Positions 24,400 through 37,367 of a stretch of 64,000 nt of DNA are shown one piece after another. A program made the translations under genes and the position numbers. This DNA comes from Anaeramoeba ignava BMAN. Taxonomy: Eukaryota; Protista; Anaeramoebae. Each line of letters begins with the position of its first letter. Position 1 is the stretch's first letter. Under the pieces are notes generated by a model. The model saw only the letters and a list, made by a program, of their open reading frames with translations, was not told the origin of the DNA and did no database searches. The DNA lies in assembly GCA_028826165.1 (NCBI GenBank), contig JAPDFW010000075.1, forward strand, positions 186,001-250,000, read 5' to 3'.

Positions 24400-25960
24400 T
24401 AAAATCAAATTTAATTTTTAAATTAAAATCTAAATCAAAATTAAAATTAAAAAAAATTAAAATTAAAATCAAATTTAAATCTTTAAATCAAATTAAAATC
24501 AAAATCTAAATCTAAATCTAAAATTAAATCTAAATCAAAATCAAAATCAAAATCTAAATCAAAATTAAAATTAAAATTTAAATCTAAATCTAAATCTAAA
24601 TCTAAATCTAAATCTAATTCTAAATCTAAATCTAAATTTAAATCAAAATCAAAATCTAAAAATTTAAATCTAAATCAAATTAAATCAAAATCAAAATCAA
24701 AATCTAAATCAAAATTTAAATTAAAATTTAAAATTTAAATTTAAATTAAAATTAAAATCTAAATCTAAATCAAAATCTAAATCTAAATCTAAATCTAAAT
24801 CTAAATCAAAATCTAAATCTAAATCTAAATCTAAATCTAAATCAAAATCTAAATTAAAATATAAATCTAAATCAAATTAAAAATAAAAATAAAATTAAAA
24901 TTAAAATCAAAATCAAATTCAAAAATTAAAATTAATTTAAAATCAAAATCTAAATCTAAAATTAAAATTAAAAAAATAAAAATAAAAAATTAAAAAAAAT
25001 TTAAAAATCAAAATCTAAATCAAAATCTAAATCTAAAATCTAAATCTAAATCTAAAATATAAATCCAAAATCAAAATCAAAATTCAAATCTAAATATAAA
25101 TATAAATCTAAATAAATCTAAATTAAATTTAAATTTAAATCTAAATTAAAATAAATCAAAATCAAAATCAAAATTAAAATTAAAATTTTAAAATAAAATC
25201 AAAATTTAAATCAAAAAATTTAAATAAATATAAAAAAATAAATATAAATATAAATCTAAATCTAAATCTAAATCTAAAAAATCAAAATCAAAATCTAAAT
25301 GCAAATAAAATCTAAAATCAAATCAAAATCAAATTTAAATCAAAAATCAAAAAAATCAAAAATAAAAAATCAAATTAAAATCAAAATCTAAATCTAAATC
25401 TAAAATCAAAAATTAAAATCAAAAATTAAAATTAAAATTTAAAATCTAAATCAAAAAATCTAAATCTAAATTCAAATCTAAATCTAAAATTAAATTAAAA
25501 AAATCAAATCTAAATAAATTTAAAAATAAATTAAAATAAATCAAAATTTAAATTTAAATAAAAAAATAAATCTAAATCAAAATCTAAATCTAAATCTAAA
25601 TCAAAATCAAAAATCTAAATCTAAATGCAAAATCAAAATCAAAAATCTAAATCTAAATCAAAATCTAAATCTAAATCTAAATCAAAATAAAAATTTAAAT
25701 CAAAATCAAAATCTAAATTAAATCTAAATCTAAATTTAAATCTAAATTTAAATCAAAATCAAAATTAAAATCTAAATCAAAATCATAAATCAAAATCTAA
25801 ATCTAAATCTAAATCTAAATCTAAATATAAATCTAAATCTAAATCTAAATCTAAATCTAAATCTAAATATAAATATAAATCTAAATCTAAATCTAAATCA
25901 AAATCTAAATCTAAATCTAAATCAAAATCAAAATCAAAATCTAAATTTAAATCAAAATTT
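24400..25960. repeat. (AAATCT/AAATCA)n hexamer satellite
   Basis: Directly visible; the middle part is noisy. Confidence 0.9.
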
Positions 25961-26180
25961 AAATAAAATTTTAGTTAAAAATAAAATAAAATAATAAATA
26001 GGAATTAAGTAAAAAAATTATTTATTTTTGTTTTTTAAAATCAAATCAAAAAAAAAAAAGAATTAAGAATTCTAAATCCTATTCCAAATTAAATTTCAGT
26101 TTTTTTTTTTTCTTCAAAAATGAATTTTGTTGAAATTTGAAGATAAATTAAACATTTTCAAAAAAGAAAGAAAAAAAAAA

Positions 26181-26723
<543 letters not shown>

Positions 26724-27069
26724 TTAAAATAAAAATAAAAATAAAAATAAAAATAAAAATAAAAATAAAAATAAAAAAAATGAAAAATGAAAAATGTGTT
26801 TTCTTTTTTTTTTTTAATTCTTTTATTTACAAAAAAACGTGTTTTGTTATTTTATTTATTTAAAACTTGAAAAAAAGAGATAAAATAATTATTAATAATT
26901 ATTAATAATTTTTAAATAATTTTTACTCATTTAAACAAAATTTTTTTTTTATTTTAAATTATTTTTTCGCTTTTTCATTTTTTTCATTTTTTTTCTTTTT
27001 TCAATTATTTTGAAGTAAGTTAAACTATATAAATATTTTTATCAAAACAATTCAACGCAAAACAAATTT

Positions 27070-29645
27070 GAAATTAAATCAATTTTTAAATAAAATTATA
27101 AATCAAATTATAAATCAAATTATAAATTAAATTATAAATTAAATTTTAAATAAAATTATAAATTAAATTATAAATCAATTTTTAAATTAAATTTTAAATT
27201 AATTTATAAATCAAATTATAAATCAATTTTTAAACTCAAATTATAAATAAAATTTTCAAAAATTTTAAATTAAATTTTAAATCAAATTATAAATCAAATT
27301 ATAAATCAAATTATAAATTAAATTATAAATCAAATTATAAATCAAATTTAAATCAAATTTTAAATCAAATTATAAATCAAATTAAATCAATATAAATCAA
27401 AATTATAAAATTAAAATTATAAATCAAATTATAAATCAAATTTTAAATCAAATTATAAATCAAATTTTAAATTAAATTTTTAAAATCAAATTATAAATTA
27501 AATTATAAATCAATTTTTAAATCAAATTATAAATTAAATATTAAATTAAATTATAAATTAAATTATAAATCAAATTATAAATCAAATTTTAAATTAAATT
27601 ATAAATCAAATTTTAAATCAAATTATAAATTAAATTTTAAATCAAATTATAAATCAAATTATAAATCAAATTATAAATCAATTTTTAAATCAAATTATAA
27701 ATCAATTTTTAAATCAAATTATAAATTAAATTATAAATCAAATTATAAATCAAATTATAAATTAAATTATTAAATCAAATTATAAATCAAATTTTTAAAT
27801 TAAATTATAAATCAAATTTTTAAATTAAATTATAAATTAAATTTTAAATCAAATTATAAATCAAATTATAAATCAAATTTTAAATCAAATTATAAATCAA
27901 ATTTTAAATTAAATTTTTAAATCAAATTATAAATTAAATTATAAATTAAATTTTAAATCAAATTATAAATCAAATTTTAAATCAAATTATAAATTTAAAT
28001 TATAAATCAAATTTTAAATTAAATTATAAATTATAAATCAAATTATAAATCAAATTATAAATCAAATTATAAATCAAAATTTTAAATCAAAATTATAAAT
28101 CAAATTTTTAAAAAAATCAAATTATAAATCAAATTATAAATTAAATTATAAATCAAATTATAAAATTAAATTATAAATAATTTTAATTAAATTATAAATC
28201 AAATTATAAATCAAATTTTTTAAATTATAAATTAAATTTTAAATCAATTTATAAATCAAATTATAAATCAAATTATAAATCAAATTTAAATAAAATATAA
28301 ATTAAATTTAAAAGTAAATCAAATTATAAATCAAATTTTAAATTAAATTATAAATCAAATTTTAAATCAAATTTATAAATAAATTTTAAATCAAATTATA
28401 AATCAAATTATAAATCAAATTATAAATCAATTTTTAAATCAAATTATAAATCAATTTTTAAATCAAATTATAAATTAAAATTTTAAATCAATTTTAAATC
28501 AAATTATAAATTTTATAAATTAAATTATAAATCAAATTTTAAATCAAATTATAAATCAAATTTTTAAATTAAATTTTAAATCAAATTTTAAATTAAATTA
28601 TAAATTAAATTTTAAATCAAATTATAAATCAAATTATAAATCAAATTTTAAATCAAATTATAAATCAAATTTTAAATTAAATTTTAAATCAAATTTAAAT
28701 TAAATTTTTAAATTAAATTTTAAATCAAATTATAAATTAAATTTTAAATCAAATTTAAATCAATTTTAAAAATTTTTAAATTAAATTTTAAATCAAATTT
28801 TAAATTAATTTTTAAATTAAATTATAAATCAAATTATAAATTAAATTTTAAATAAAATTATAAATCAAATTATAAATCAATTTATAAATTTTTAAATTAA
28901 ATTATAAATCAAATTATAAATCAAATTATAAATTAAATTATAAATCAAATTATAAATTAAATTATAAAAATTTAATTATAAATCAAATTATAAATCAAAT
29001 TTTAAATTAAATTATAAATCAAATTATAAATCAAATTATAAATCAAATTTTAAATCAAATTATAAATCAAATTATAAATCAAATTATAAATCAAATTATA
29101 AATCAAATTATAAATCAAATTATAAAATTAAATTTTAAATCAAATTTTTAAATTAAATTATAAATCAAATTATAAATCAAATTATAAATCAAATTATAAA
29201 TCAAATTATAAATCAAATTTTAAATCAAATTATAAATCAAATTATAAATCAAATTATAAATCAAATTATAAATCAAATTTAAATCAAATTATAAATCAAA
29301 TTATAAATCAAATTATAAATCAAAATCAATTTATAAATCAAATTTTAAATCAAATTTATAAATTAAATTTTAAATTAAATTAAATTAAATTATAAATCAA
29401 ATTATAAATCAAATTATAAATAAAATTATAAATAAAATTATAAATTAAATTATAAATTAAATTATAAATTAAATTATAAATCAAATTTTAAATTAAATTT
29501 TAAATCAAATTTTAAATTAAATTTTAAATTAAATTATAAATTAAATTTTAAATTAAATTTAAATTAAATTATAAATTAAATTTTAAATTAAATTTTAAAT
29601 TAAATCAAATTTTTATTTTTAAATTAAATTTTAAATCAAATTATA
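27070..29645. repeat. (AAATCAAATTAT)n 12-mer satellite
   Basis: About 2.6 kb of tandem 12-mers. Confidence 0.92.
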
Positions 29646-29679
29646 TTTAAATTAATGTTATTTTAAAATTAGATAGAAA

Positions 29680-31119
29680 ATGCAAGCAAAATTCGAAAAC
29701 TCAAACAAACTTTCTGCAGACCTTCAAAAACTTTTCAAATTCGGTAAAACATTTTCCGATTTCAATATCGTATCACCAAACCCCAAAACAAATTTGGAAG
29801 AAGCAATCCCATGCCACAAACCAATTTTAGCATTCCGAAGCAAATACTTTGAAAACTTGTTCAACAGCAATCCAACAATCAACGAAGAAAAACACAACGA
29901 AATCACATTTTTTGTAATGAATCAATTGATTGAATACATTTATTCAGGAACAATCGAAGTGACACTTGAAAACGCAATTGAAATCTTCATTTACTCAAAG
30001 AAATTCCAGTTGGAAGAAGTGCATTCATTCGTTTCCAAGTTTATCATGGACAATCCAAATTTGGATACTATTGTTGATGTTCTTAATACCGCCAAAAAAA
30101 TTGAATCCAAAGAAGTATACACTTTCTGTTTGGATTACATCATCGCAAATTTCCAAGCAATTCTGGAAACAAAACAACTCTTCAAGCTTGATAATGATGA
30201 TTTCGAAAAGAATCTGGATGATAGTTGCATTGATATTGCAAATGAAAAACAGCTTTTTGCATTCTGTATTGAATGGGCTCAAAACAAACTCAAAATGGAA
30301 ATTGGAATCGACAAACTTCCGCTCCAAGATATAACAAAAATAACAGACATTCTTTCCCCGTTCTTCAATAAGATCCGGTTCTGCGATATGAAGCAAGAAG
30401 AACTCGACGAGGTTCGGAAGCTGGAAGTTGTTCCTGAAGAGATCCTTGAGCACATTTTCCATTTCAAAGACATGATCAATAAATCACAAAAAAAAGAAGC
30501 GTCTGCTTTGAGAATTTTTTTGAAGGAAAAAGGGATCTTTATTCTCGAACCCCGCAACAAGCTTCGCGAAAGTCTTGTTATCAAGAAACTCGAGCACGAA
30601 AGATTTCTTCGAGATTGGGTTAATGAAGACGTTTTTTTCAACGATATGAAACTGAAGTACTCGGCCAAGAAAAACGGATTCAGCGCAAAACTTTTCCACG
30701 AAATGTGCGATAATAACGGCAAAACACTTGTGCTTGTGCGGACAACTGATGGGTATGTTTTCGGTGGATTCTCAGACGTTGGTTGGAGTGCTAATCTCGG
30801 CGACAAGAAGAACATAACGGATCCAAACGCTTTTATTTTCTCTCTTGTCAACCCTTCTAATTCACCTCCAATTAAAATGCCTGTTCTTCCTGAAAAAGCT
30901 AAGTATGCTATTGGCTATTGGTCAAATCAAGGTCCTGATTTCGGAAGAAATGGTAATGAGATTCTTTTTAATTCTGCTTTGAGTGGTGGTTGGATTAATC
31001 TTGGTTGCGTTTATCAATTACCTGATCATTTGGAATATGATTCAAGTGAAGCAAAAGAATTTTTAACTGGTTCTTTTAGTGATTGGAGAATTGAAGAAAT
31101 GGAAATTTATCAAATTTAA
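29680..31119 (+). CDS. BTB/POZ-BACK-TLDc domain protein
   Basis: SDF...CHKPILAFRSKYF and YIYSG (BTB); IRF (BACK); GFSAKLFHEMCDNNGKTLVLV, FGGF, AFIFSL, GPDFG and EMEIY (TLDc). Confidence 0.9.
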   Translation: MQAKFENSNKLSADLQKLFKFGKTFSDFNIVSPNPKTNLEEAIPCHKPILAFRSKYFENLFNSNPTINEEKHNEITFFVMNQLIEYIYSGTIEVTLENAIEIFIYSKKFQLEEVHSFVSKFIMDNPNLDTIVDVLNTAKKIESKEVYTFCLDYIIANFQAILETKQLFKLDNDDFEKNLDDSCIDIANEKQLFAFCIEWAQNKLKMEIGIDKLPLQDITKITDILSPFFNKIRFCDMKQEELDEVRKLEVVPEEILEHIFHFKDMINKSQKKEASALRIFLKEKGIFILEPRNKLRESLVIKKLEHERFLRDWVNEDVFFNDMKLKYSAKKNGFSAKLFHEMCDNNGKTLVLVRTTDGYVFGGFSDVGWSANLGDKKNITDPNAFIFSLVNPSNSPPIKMPVLPEKAKYAIGYWSNQGPDFGRNGNEILFNSALSGGWINLGCVYQLPDHLEYDSSEAKEFLTGSFSDWRIEEMEIYQI

Positions 31120-31373
31120 AATCAAATTCAAAATCAAAATCAAAATCAAATTCAAAATCAAAATCAAAATCAAAATCAAAATCAAAATCAAAATCAAAAT
31201 CAAAAAAATCAAAATCAAATTTTTTCATCAAAATCAAAATCAAAATCAAATTCTTCCCCAAAATCAAATTTCAAAATCAAAATCAAAATTCAAAATCAAA
31301 ATCCATTTCGAATTCCAAAAATTATTTTTTCAAAAATTATTTCTTTTTCTTTTTGTTGTTGTTGTTGTTGTTT

Positions 31374-33611
31374 TTAAAAAAGAAAAAGAAAGAAATTTAA
31401 AAAGAAAAAGATATTGTTGAAAATTAAAAATTTAAATGCGGAATTTTGAGGAATAATTCCTGTATAAGCATAATCATAATCTTCATCTCCACAATAACCA
31501 AATTGATCACAAGCAGAAATGTAGAATTGATAGTCTTCATCTTGATATTGAGAAGTAAAATTATATTGAGTATAATTAGTTTCAGTATTATTAATATGAA
31601 AATTAGCAGAATCATTATGAGGAGTTGAATTGTAAGTAAAATTATAAAAAGTAGGAAGAACAGTTTGAGGCAGAGGAGCATACCAATAGCATTCAATGGT
31701 TAAATAGTTATAAACATTGCACCAGAAAGAGTAAACTCGATTAAAAGAAGTGGAAATATTTCCCAATTGGATTTCGCCTTGATCTTCACCTTCACATGCC
31801 AAAGTTCTACAAGCCCAAATAGAGATATTGTACATTGTGAAACATGACAAATTGTAGATATCATATGAAGTAGTGGATGAATTGAGGGAAATATTAACGG
31901 ACGAAGAAGTGTTGTTATAGGAAAGAACATAATGCGAAATAACTGGAGTATTATTAAAAAGAGAAACATTTGGAAAATCCCAAGAAACACTGATTGAATC
32001 ATTTGAAGAAGATAGTGTGAAATTTTCAACAATACCAATCATTGTTGTGATATTTGAAGGAAGAGAGGGATCGCTACAGAAATGGTTTGTATCGTTGCAA
32101 ACACGGACATAAATGGTGTAATTAACATTTCCAAGAATATCTGTAAAATTATTATGTGTGAAATTTGCTTCCATAATTCCTGAGTCATTTACGTAGAGAT
32201 TAGGAGGAATATCAACCCAAACATTTGAGTATTTGATTTGATATGTTGTCAAATTGAGCACAGAAGTCCAGTTGCAAGTGAACCAGGCGTAAGGCATAGA
32301 GGTGCAATTCAACGATTGAGGTTCAGGCGGTTTTGCTGATCCTTTGAAAACAAACGCTTGTCCGTTCATGGGGTAAGAATTATTATACGAAGACATATCT
32401 GCACCAATAATCGAGGAGTTTTCATGGATAGCAACACTGGATCCAAAATGTTCTCCACCAGATCCATCTGTGGAAATAAGAATTGCCTCCTCAATCCAGT
32501 ATGTGGTCTTGTTTTGATATATATATCCCTTTCCTTTTGAAGAACTGCCATCTGCTTCTGCGCGATTAGCTCCAACAATAACTGAATCGACGGAAACACC
32601 AACACTGAAACCAAAACAGTCTCCTTCATTTCCGTCGGCTGCAGTGAAAATTTCACTAGAATTCCAATTCGATCCGTTTTTTCGATAGACATAAACTCTT
32701 CCTTGTTGGGTTTGATTTCCAATAGTTTTATTTGGAGCACCAATCGCAATCACTTCATCAAGAATAGCAACACTTGATCCGAAATTATCATAAGCTTCGC
32801 CATCAATACTGTTAATAATACATGTTTCATTCCAAACGGAAGAATTTTCCTCAAAAACATATACTTTTCCTTGATTTGTATTGTTATTAACATCCGCCAT
32901 TGACCCAACAACAAGAATATTATTGGATAGTGAAAGACTGTAACCGAAAGTGTCGTTTGCTTTTCCATCACTAGAAGAAAAGTTTACCAAATGAGTAACA
33001 TTTGTTTCATCATAAGTGTAAACATAAACTTTTCCTTGATTTTCAGATCCATTAACTGCAGCTCCAAAAGCACTGACAATTATATACTCATTATTGATTG
33101 CAACGCTTCCACCAAAGAAATCATTTTCCTCTCCGTCTTCAGCCAAAAGCTTTTTGAATTCAAACCAACCGCTGTCATTTCTTTTATACACATAAGCTTT
33201 TCCTTGGGAAATTGTGGATCCATTGTCAGCTAAGTACGCGCCAACAACGGACATATTTCCATAAATTGCAACACTTTGTCCGAAAAAGGAAATCAATGAT
33301 GGATCGCTAGCTGTCAAATTTGCTTCATTTGTCCAATTATATCCGTCACTGCGAAAAATAAACGCCATTCCTGCACTTGGCAAAACTCCCACATATGTCA
33401 TTGGTGCTCCAATAATTACTACATCTTCTTCCATTGCTAAACTCCTCCCAAATCCAGATACATTCAATGTTGTGTTTAATACTCCTGTTTGTTGCCATAC
33501 AAATCCTGCTCCTTGAAATCCTCCTCCTGTTTCTTCTGTTAATTCACTTTTAATTTCTATAAATAATATTATTGTTATTATTATTATTTTTATTATCTGT
33601 TTTGTTTCCAT
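31374..33611 (-). CDS. Secreted/GPI-anchored surface protein: FG-GAP beta-propeller plus fibronectin type III repeats
   Basis: Signal peptide after METKQ. Seven FG.SVA...GA...G..Y repeats. FN3-like W/Y motifs (ISVSWD, YNISIWAC, YQFYISAC). Many NxS/T sites and a hydrophobic C-terminal tail. Confidence 0.85.
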   Translation of the reverse strand: METKQIIKIIIITIILFIEIKSELTEETGGGFQGAGFVWQQTGVLNTTLNVSGFGRSLAMEEDVVIIGAPMTYVGVLPSAGMAFIFRSDGYNWTNEANLTASDPSLISFFGQSVAIYGNMSVVGAYLADNGSTISQGKAYVYKRNDSGWFEFKKLLAEDGEENDFFGGSVAINNEYIIVSAFGAAVNGSENQGKVYVYTYDETNVTHLVNFSSSDGKANDTFGYSLSLSNNILVVGSMADVNNNTNQGKVYVFEENSSVWNETCIINSIDGEAYDNFGSSVAILDEVIAIGAPNKTIGNQTQQGRVYVYRKNGSNWNSSEIFTAADGNEGDCFGFSVGVSVDSVIVGANRAEADGSSSKGKGYIYQNKTTYWIEEAILISTDGSGGEHFGSSVAIHENSSIIGADMSSYNNSYPMNGQAFVFKGSAKPPEPQSLNCTSMPYAWFTCNWTSVLNLTTYQIKYSNVWVDIPPNLYVNDSGIMEANFTHNNFTDILGNVNYTIYVRVCNDTNHFCSDPSLPSNITTMIGIVENFTLSSSNDSISVSWDFPNVSLFNNTPVISHYVLSYNNTSSSVNISLNSSTTSYDIYNLSCFTMYNISIWACRTLACEGEDQGEIQLGNISTSFNRVYSFWCNVYNYLTIECYWYAPLPQTVLPTFYNFTYNSTPHNDSANFHINNTETNYTQYNFTSQYQDEDYQFYISACDQFGYCGDEDYDYAYTGIIPQNSAFKFLIFNNIFFFLNFFLFLF

Positions 33612-33799
33612 TGTTTTTTTAATTTTAATAAAACAATTTTTAATAAGCAAAGATTAAAAGAAAAAACAAAAACAAAAAAAAAATGAATTTTGAAATAATT
33701 GTAAAAAGAGAAAAATAATTTTTGAATGACGTTTTAAAAAAAAAAAAATTATTTCTTTTTATAATTTTTGATCAGAAAAATAATTCCATTTAAAATCAA

Positions 33800-36405
33800 A
33801 AATATATTTAATTTTAATAATAAAAATCTATTCTATTTATTATTTACTATAAAATTATTTATTAATAATTTAATATTTATTATTTACTTATTTATATAAA
33901 AATGGAATAAAATATTTATTAACAATTTATTAATAATTTTAATTAATTTTAATTAATTTTAATAACATAAATCTATTCTATTTATTATTTACTATTAAAT
34001 TATTTATTAATAATTTATTATTTATTATTTATTTATTTATATAAAAATGGGATAAAATATTTATTAATAATTTATTAATAATTTTAATTAATTTTAATCA
34101 ATTTTAATAATAAAAATCTATTCTATTTATTATTTACTATAAAATTATTTATTAATAATTTAATATTTATTATTTATTTATTTATATAAAAATGGAATAA
34201 AATATTTATTAATAATTTATTAATAATTTTAATTAATTTTAATTAATTTTAATAACAAAAATCTATTCTATTTATTATTTTAATATAAAATTATTTATTA
34301 ATAATTTGATATTTATTGTTTATTTATTTATATAAAAATGGGATAAAATATTTATTAATAATTTATTAATAATTTTAATTAATTTTAATTAATTTTAATA
34401 ACATAAATCTATTCTATTTATTATTTACTATAAAATTAATTATTAATAATTTATTATTTAATATTTATTTATTTATATAAAAATGGGATAAAATATTTAT
34501 TAATAATTTATTAATAATTTTAATTAATTTTAATCAATTTTAATAACATAAATTTATTCTATTTATTATTTACTTTTAAAATTATTTATTAATAATTTTA
34601 ATATTTATTGTTTACTTATTTATATAAAAATGGGATAAAATATTTATTAATAATTTATTAATAATTTTAATTAATTTTAATAAATTTTAATAACATAAAT
34701 CTATTCTATTTATTATTTACTATAAAATTATTTATTAATAATTTAATATTTATTATTTAATTATTTATATAAAAATGGGATAAAATATTTATTAATAATT
34801 TATTAATAATTTTAATCAATTTTATTTAATTTTAATAACAAAAATCTATTCTATTTATTATTTACTTTTAAATTATTTATTAATAATTTAATATTTAATA
34901 TTTAATTATTTATATAAAAATGGGATAAAATATTTATTAATAATTTATTAATAATTTTAATTAATTTTAATTAATTTTAATAACATAAATTTATTCTATT
35001 TATTATTTTTACTTTTAAAATTATTTATTAATAATTTAATATTTAATATTTATTTATTTATATAAAAATGGGATAAAATATTTATTAATAATTTATTAAT
35101 AATTTTAATCAATTTTAATTAATTTTAATAACATAAATTTATTCTATTTATTATTTACTATAAAATTATTTATTAATAATTTAATATTTAATATTTATTT
35201 ATTTATATAAAAATGGGATAAAATATTTATTAATAATTTATTAATAATTTTAATTAATATTAATTAATTTTTAATAACATAAATTTATTCTATTTATTAT
35301 TTACTTTTTGAATTATTTATTAATAATTTAATATTTAATATTTATTTATTTATATAAAAATGGGATAAAATATTTATTAATAATTTATTAATAATTTTAA
35401 TTAATTTTAATTAATTTTAATAACATAAATCTATTCTATTTATTATTTACTATAAAATTATTTATTAATAATTTAATATTTATTATTTAATTATTTATAT
35501 AAAAATGGGATAAAATATTTATTAATAATTTTAAATAATTTTAATTAATTTTTAATCAATTTTAATAACATAAATCTATTCTATTTATTATTTACTTTTT
35601 AAATTATTTATTAATAATTTAATATTTATTATTTAATTATTTATATAAAAATGGGATAAAATATTTATTAATAATTTATTAATAATTTTAATTAATTTTA
35701 ATCAATTTTAATAACATAAATTTATTCTATTTATTATTTACTATTAAATTATTTATTAATAATTTAATATTTATTATTTATTTATTTATATAAAAATGGG
35801 ATAAAATATTTATTAATAATTTATTAATAATTTATATCAATTTTAATTAATTTTAATAACATAAATTTATTCTATTTATTATTTACTATAAAATTATTTA
35901 TTAATAATTTGATATTTAATATTTATTTATTTATATAAAAATGGAATAAAATATTTATTAATAATTTATTAATAATTTTAATAATAATTTTAATTAATTT
36001 TAATAACATAAATTTATTCTATTTATTATTTACTTTTAAATTATTTATTAATAATTTAATATTTATTATTTATTTATTTATATAAAAATGGGATAAAATA
36101 TTTATTAATAATTTATTAATAATTTTAATTAATTTTAATTAATTTTAATTAATTTTAATTAATTTTAATTAATTTTAATTAATTTTAATTAATTTTAATA
36201 ACATAAATTTATTCTATTTATTATTTACTATAAAATTATTTATTAATAATTTATTATTTATTATTTATTTATTTATATAAAAATGGAATAAAATATTTAT
36301 TAATAATTTATTAATAATTTTAATTAATTTTAATTAATTTTAATAACATAAATTTATTCTATTTATTATTTACTATAAAATTATTTATTAATAATTTATT
36401 ATTTA
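33800..36405. repeat. Tandem satellite, 145-148-bp unit, ~17-18 copies
   Basis: Marker ATGG(G/A)ATAAAA at 33902, 34047, 34192, 34338, 34483, 34630, 34775, 34920, 35068, 35213, 35360, 35505, 35651, 35796, 35941, 36088 and 36283. Confidence 0.92.
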
Positions 36406-36672
36406 AATTGAAACAAATTACAACAACGTAAAAGTTTTAAAACTTAAATTTTATATTTTTGTATTTAGTAAATTTAAAAATTTAAAAAAAAATTTGCTTT
36501 AAAAGAAAAAAATTTGAAAAGAAAATCTGCTTTAAAAAGAAAAAGAAAATTAAATTTTAAAAAGGATATTGTTATAACTATTTCTTCTTTCTATTTTTGT
36601 TTTAATAAAATTATTAAAGAAGATTAGTAAAAATAAATAAAAAAATAATATAAAAATTTTTTAATTTGTTTC

Positions 36673-37091
36673 TTACGTATCAATTATGCAAATAATATTA
36701 TCTCCTTTTAACATTATTCTTCCAACTGATTTTCTAGATTGTTTTTTCATTGAAATTTCTTCTGCATCATCTAAAACAAGGTTCATAAATTCATCAAAAC
36801 CCTTAATAAAATAATATAATATAAAATAAAATAAAATTTCATAAATAAATTTGATAAATAATTTATTCAAATTTACAATTAAATATCCTTCAATTCTAAG
36901 GTCTTTTTGGTCATATAACATAAGTTGAATTCTTGCTTTCTAATAAAAATTAAAATTATTATTAAATTTAAAATTTATTTCTTTGTGTGTGTTTCTTTTT
37001 TTTTTTTTTTTACAGATTGAAGATGACGGAAAATAACATTAATTGGTTGATCCATCATTTTAGTTTCTTTTTTTTGTCTTTGGTCTGTCAT
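36673..37091 (-). CDS. SmE: Small nuclear ribonucleoprotein E; complement(join(36673..36801,36877..36939,37014..37091))
   Basis: Spliced product of 89 aa: [48 protein letters not shown]...[10 protein letters not shown]. Confidence 0.93.
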
Positions 37092-37201
37092 TTTTTAATT
37101 AATAAATTTATATTTATATTTATATTTATTTTTATAAATTAAGGAAAAAAAAAATGAAAATAAAAAAATAAAAAATTAATAAAAATATAAAAAAAATTAA
37201 T

Positions 37202-37213
37202 AAAAAAAAAAAA
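37202..37213 (-). terminator. Pol III oligo-T terminator of tRNA-Ile
   Basis: T12 run on the minus strand immediately after the discriminator base. Confidence 0.8.
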
Positions 37214-37367
37214 TGGTCTAGCTGGGGCTCGAACCCAGGACCTCGGCTTTTCTTACTTAAATTTTAAGTAAATTGGATTCATTTAGATTAATTAAATAAT
37301 CCTTTTTTAAAATATATCTGTTTTAAGATATAAGAACCGCGCTACCACCAAACTGAGCTACAAGACC
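37214..37367 (-). tRNA. tRNA-Ile(UAU) with 79-nt intron (37250-37328) at canonical 37/38
   Basis: Acceptor GGTCTTG/CTAGACC, A-box TAGCTCAGTTTGG, anticodon stem CGGTT/AGCCG, loop CT-TAT-A, T arm CTGGG-TTCGAGC-CCCAG. Confidence 0.92.

Noticed and set aside
24400-25960. Telomere-like hexamer tract
   Set aside because: Interstitial, degenerate, lacks G-runs, and is flanked by ordinary genes.
33800-36405. Regular array resembling CRISPR
   Set aside because: Whole units are near-identical with no unique spacers, the context is eukaryotic, and there are no cas genes.
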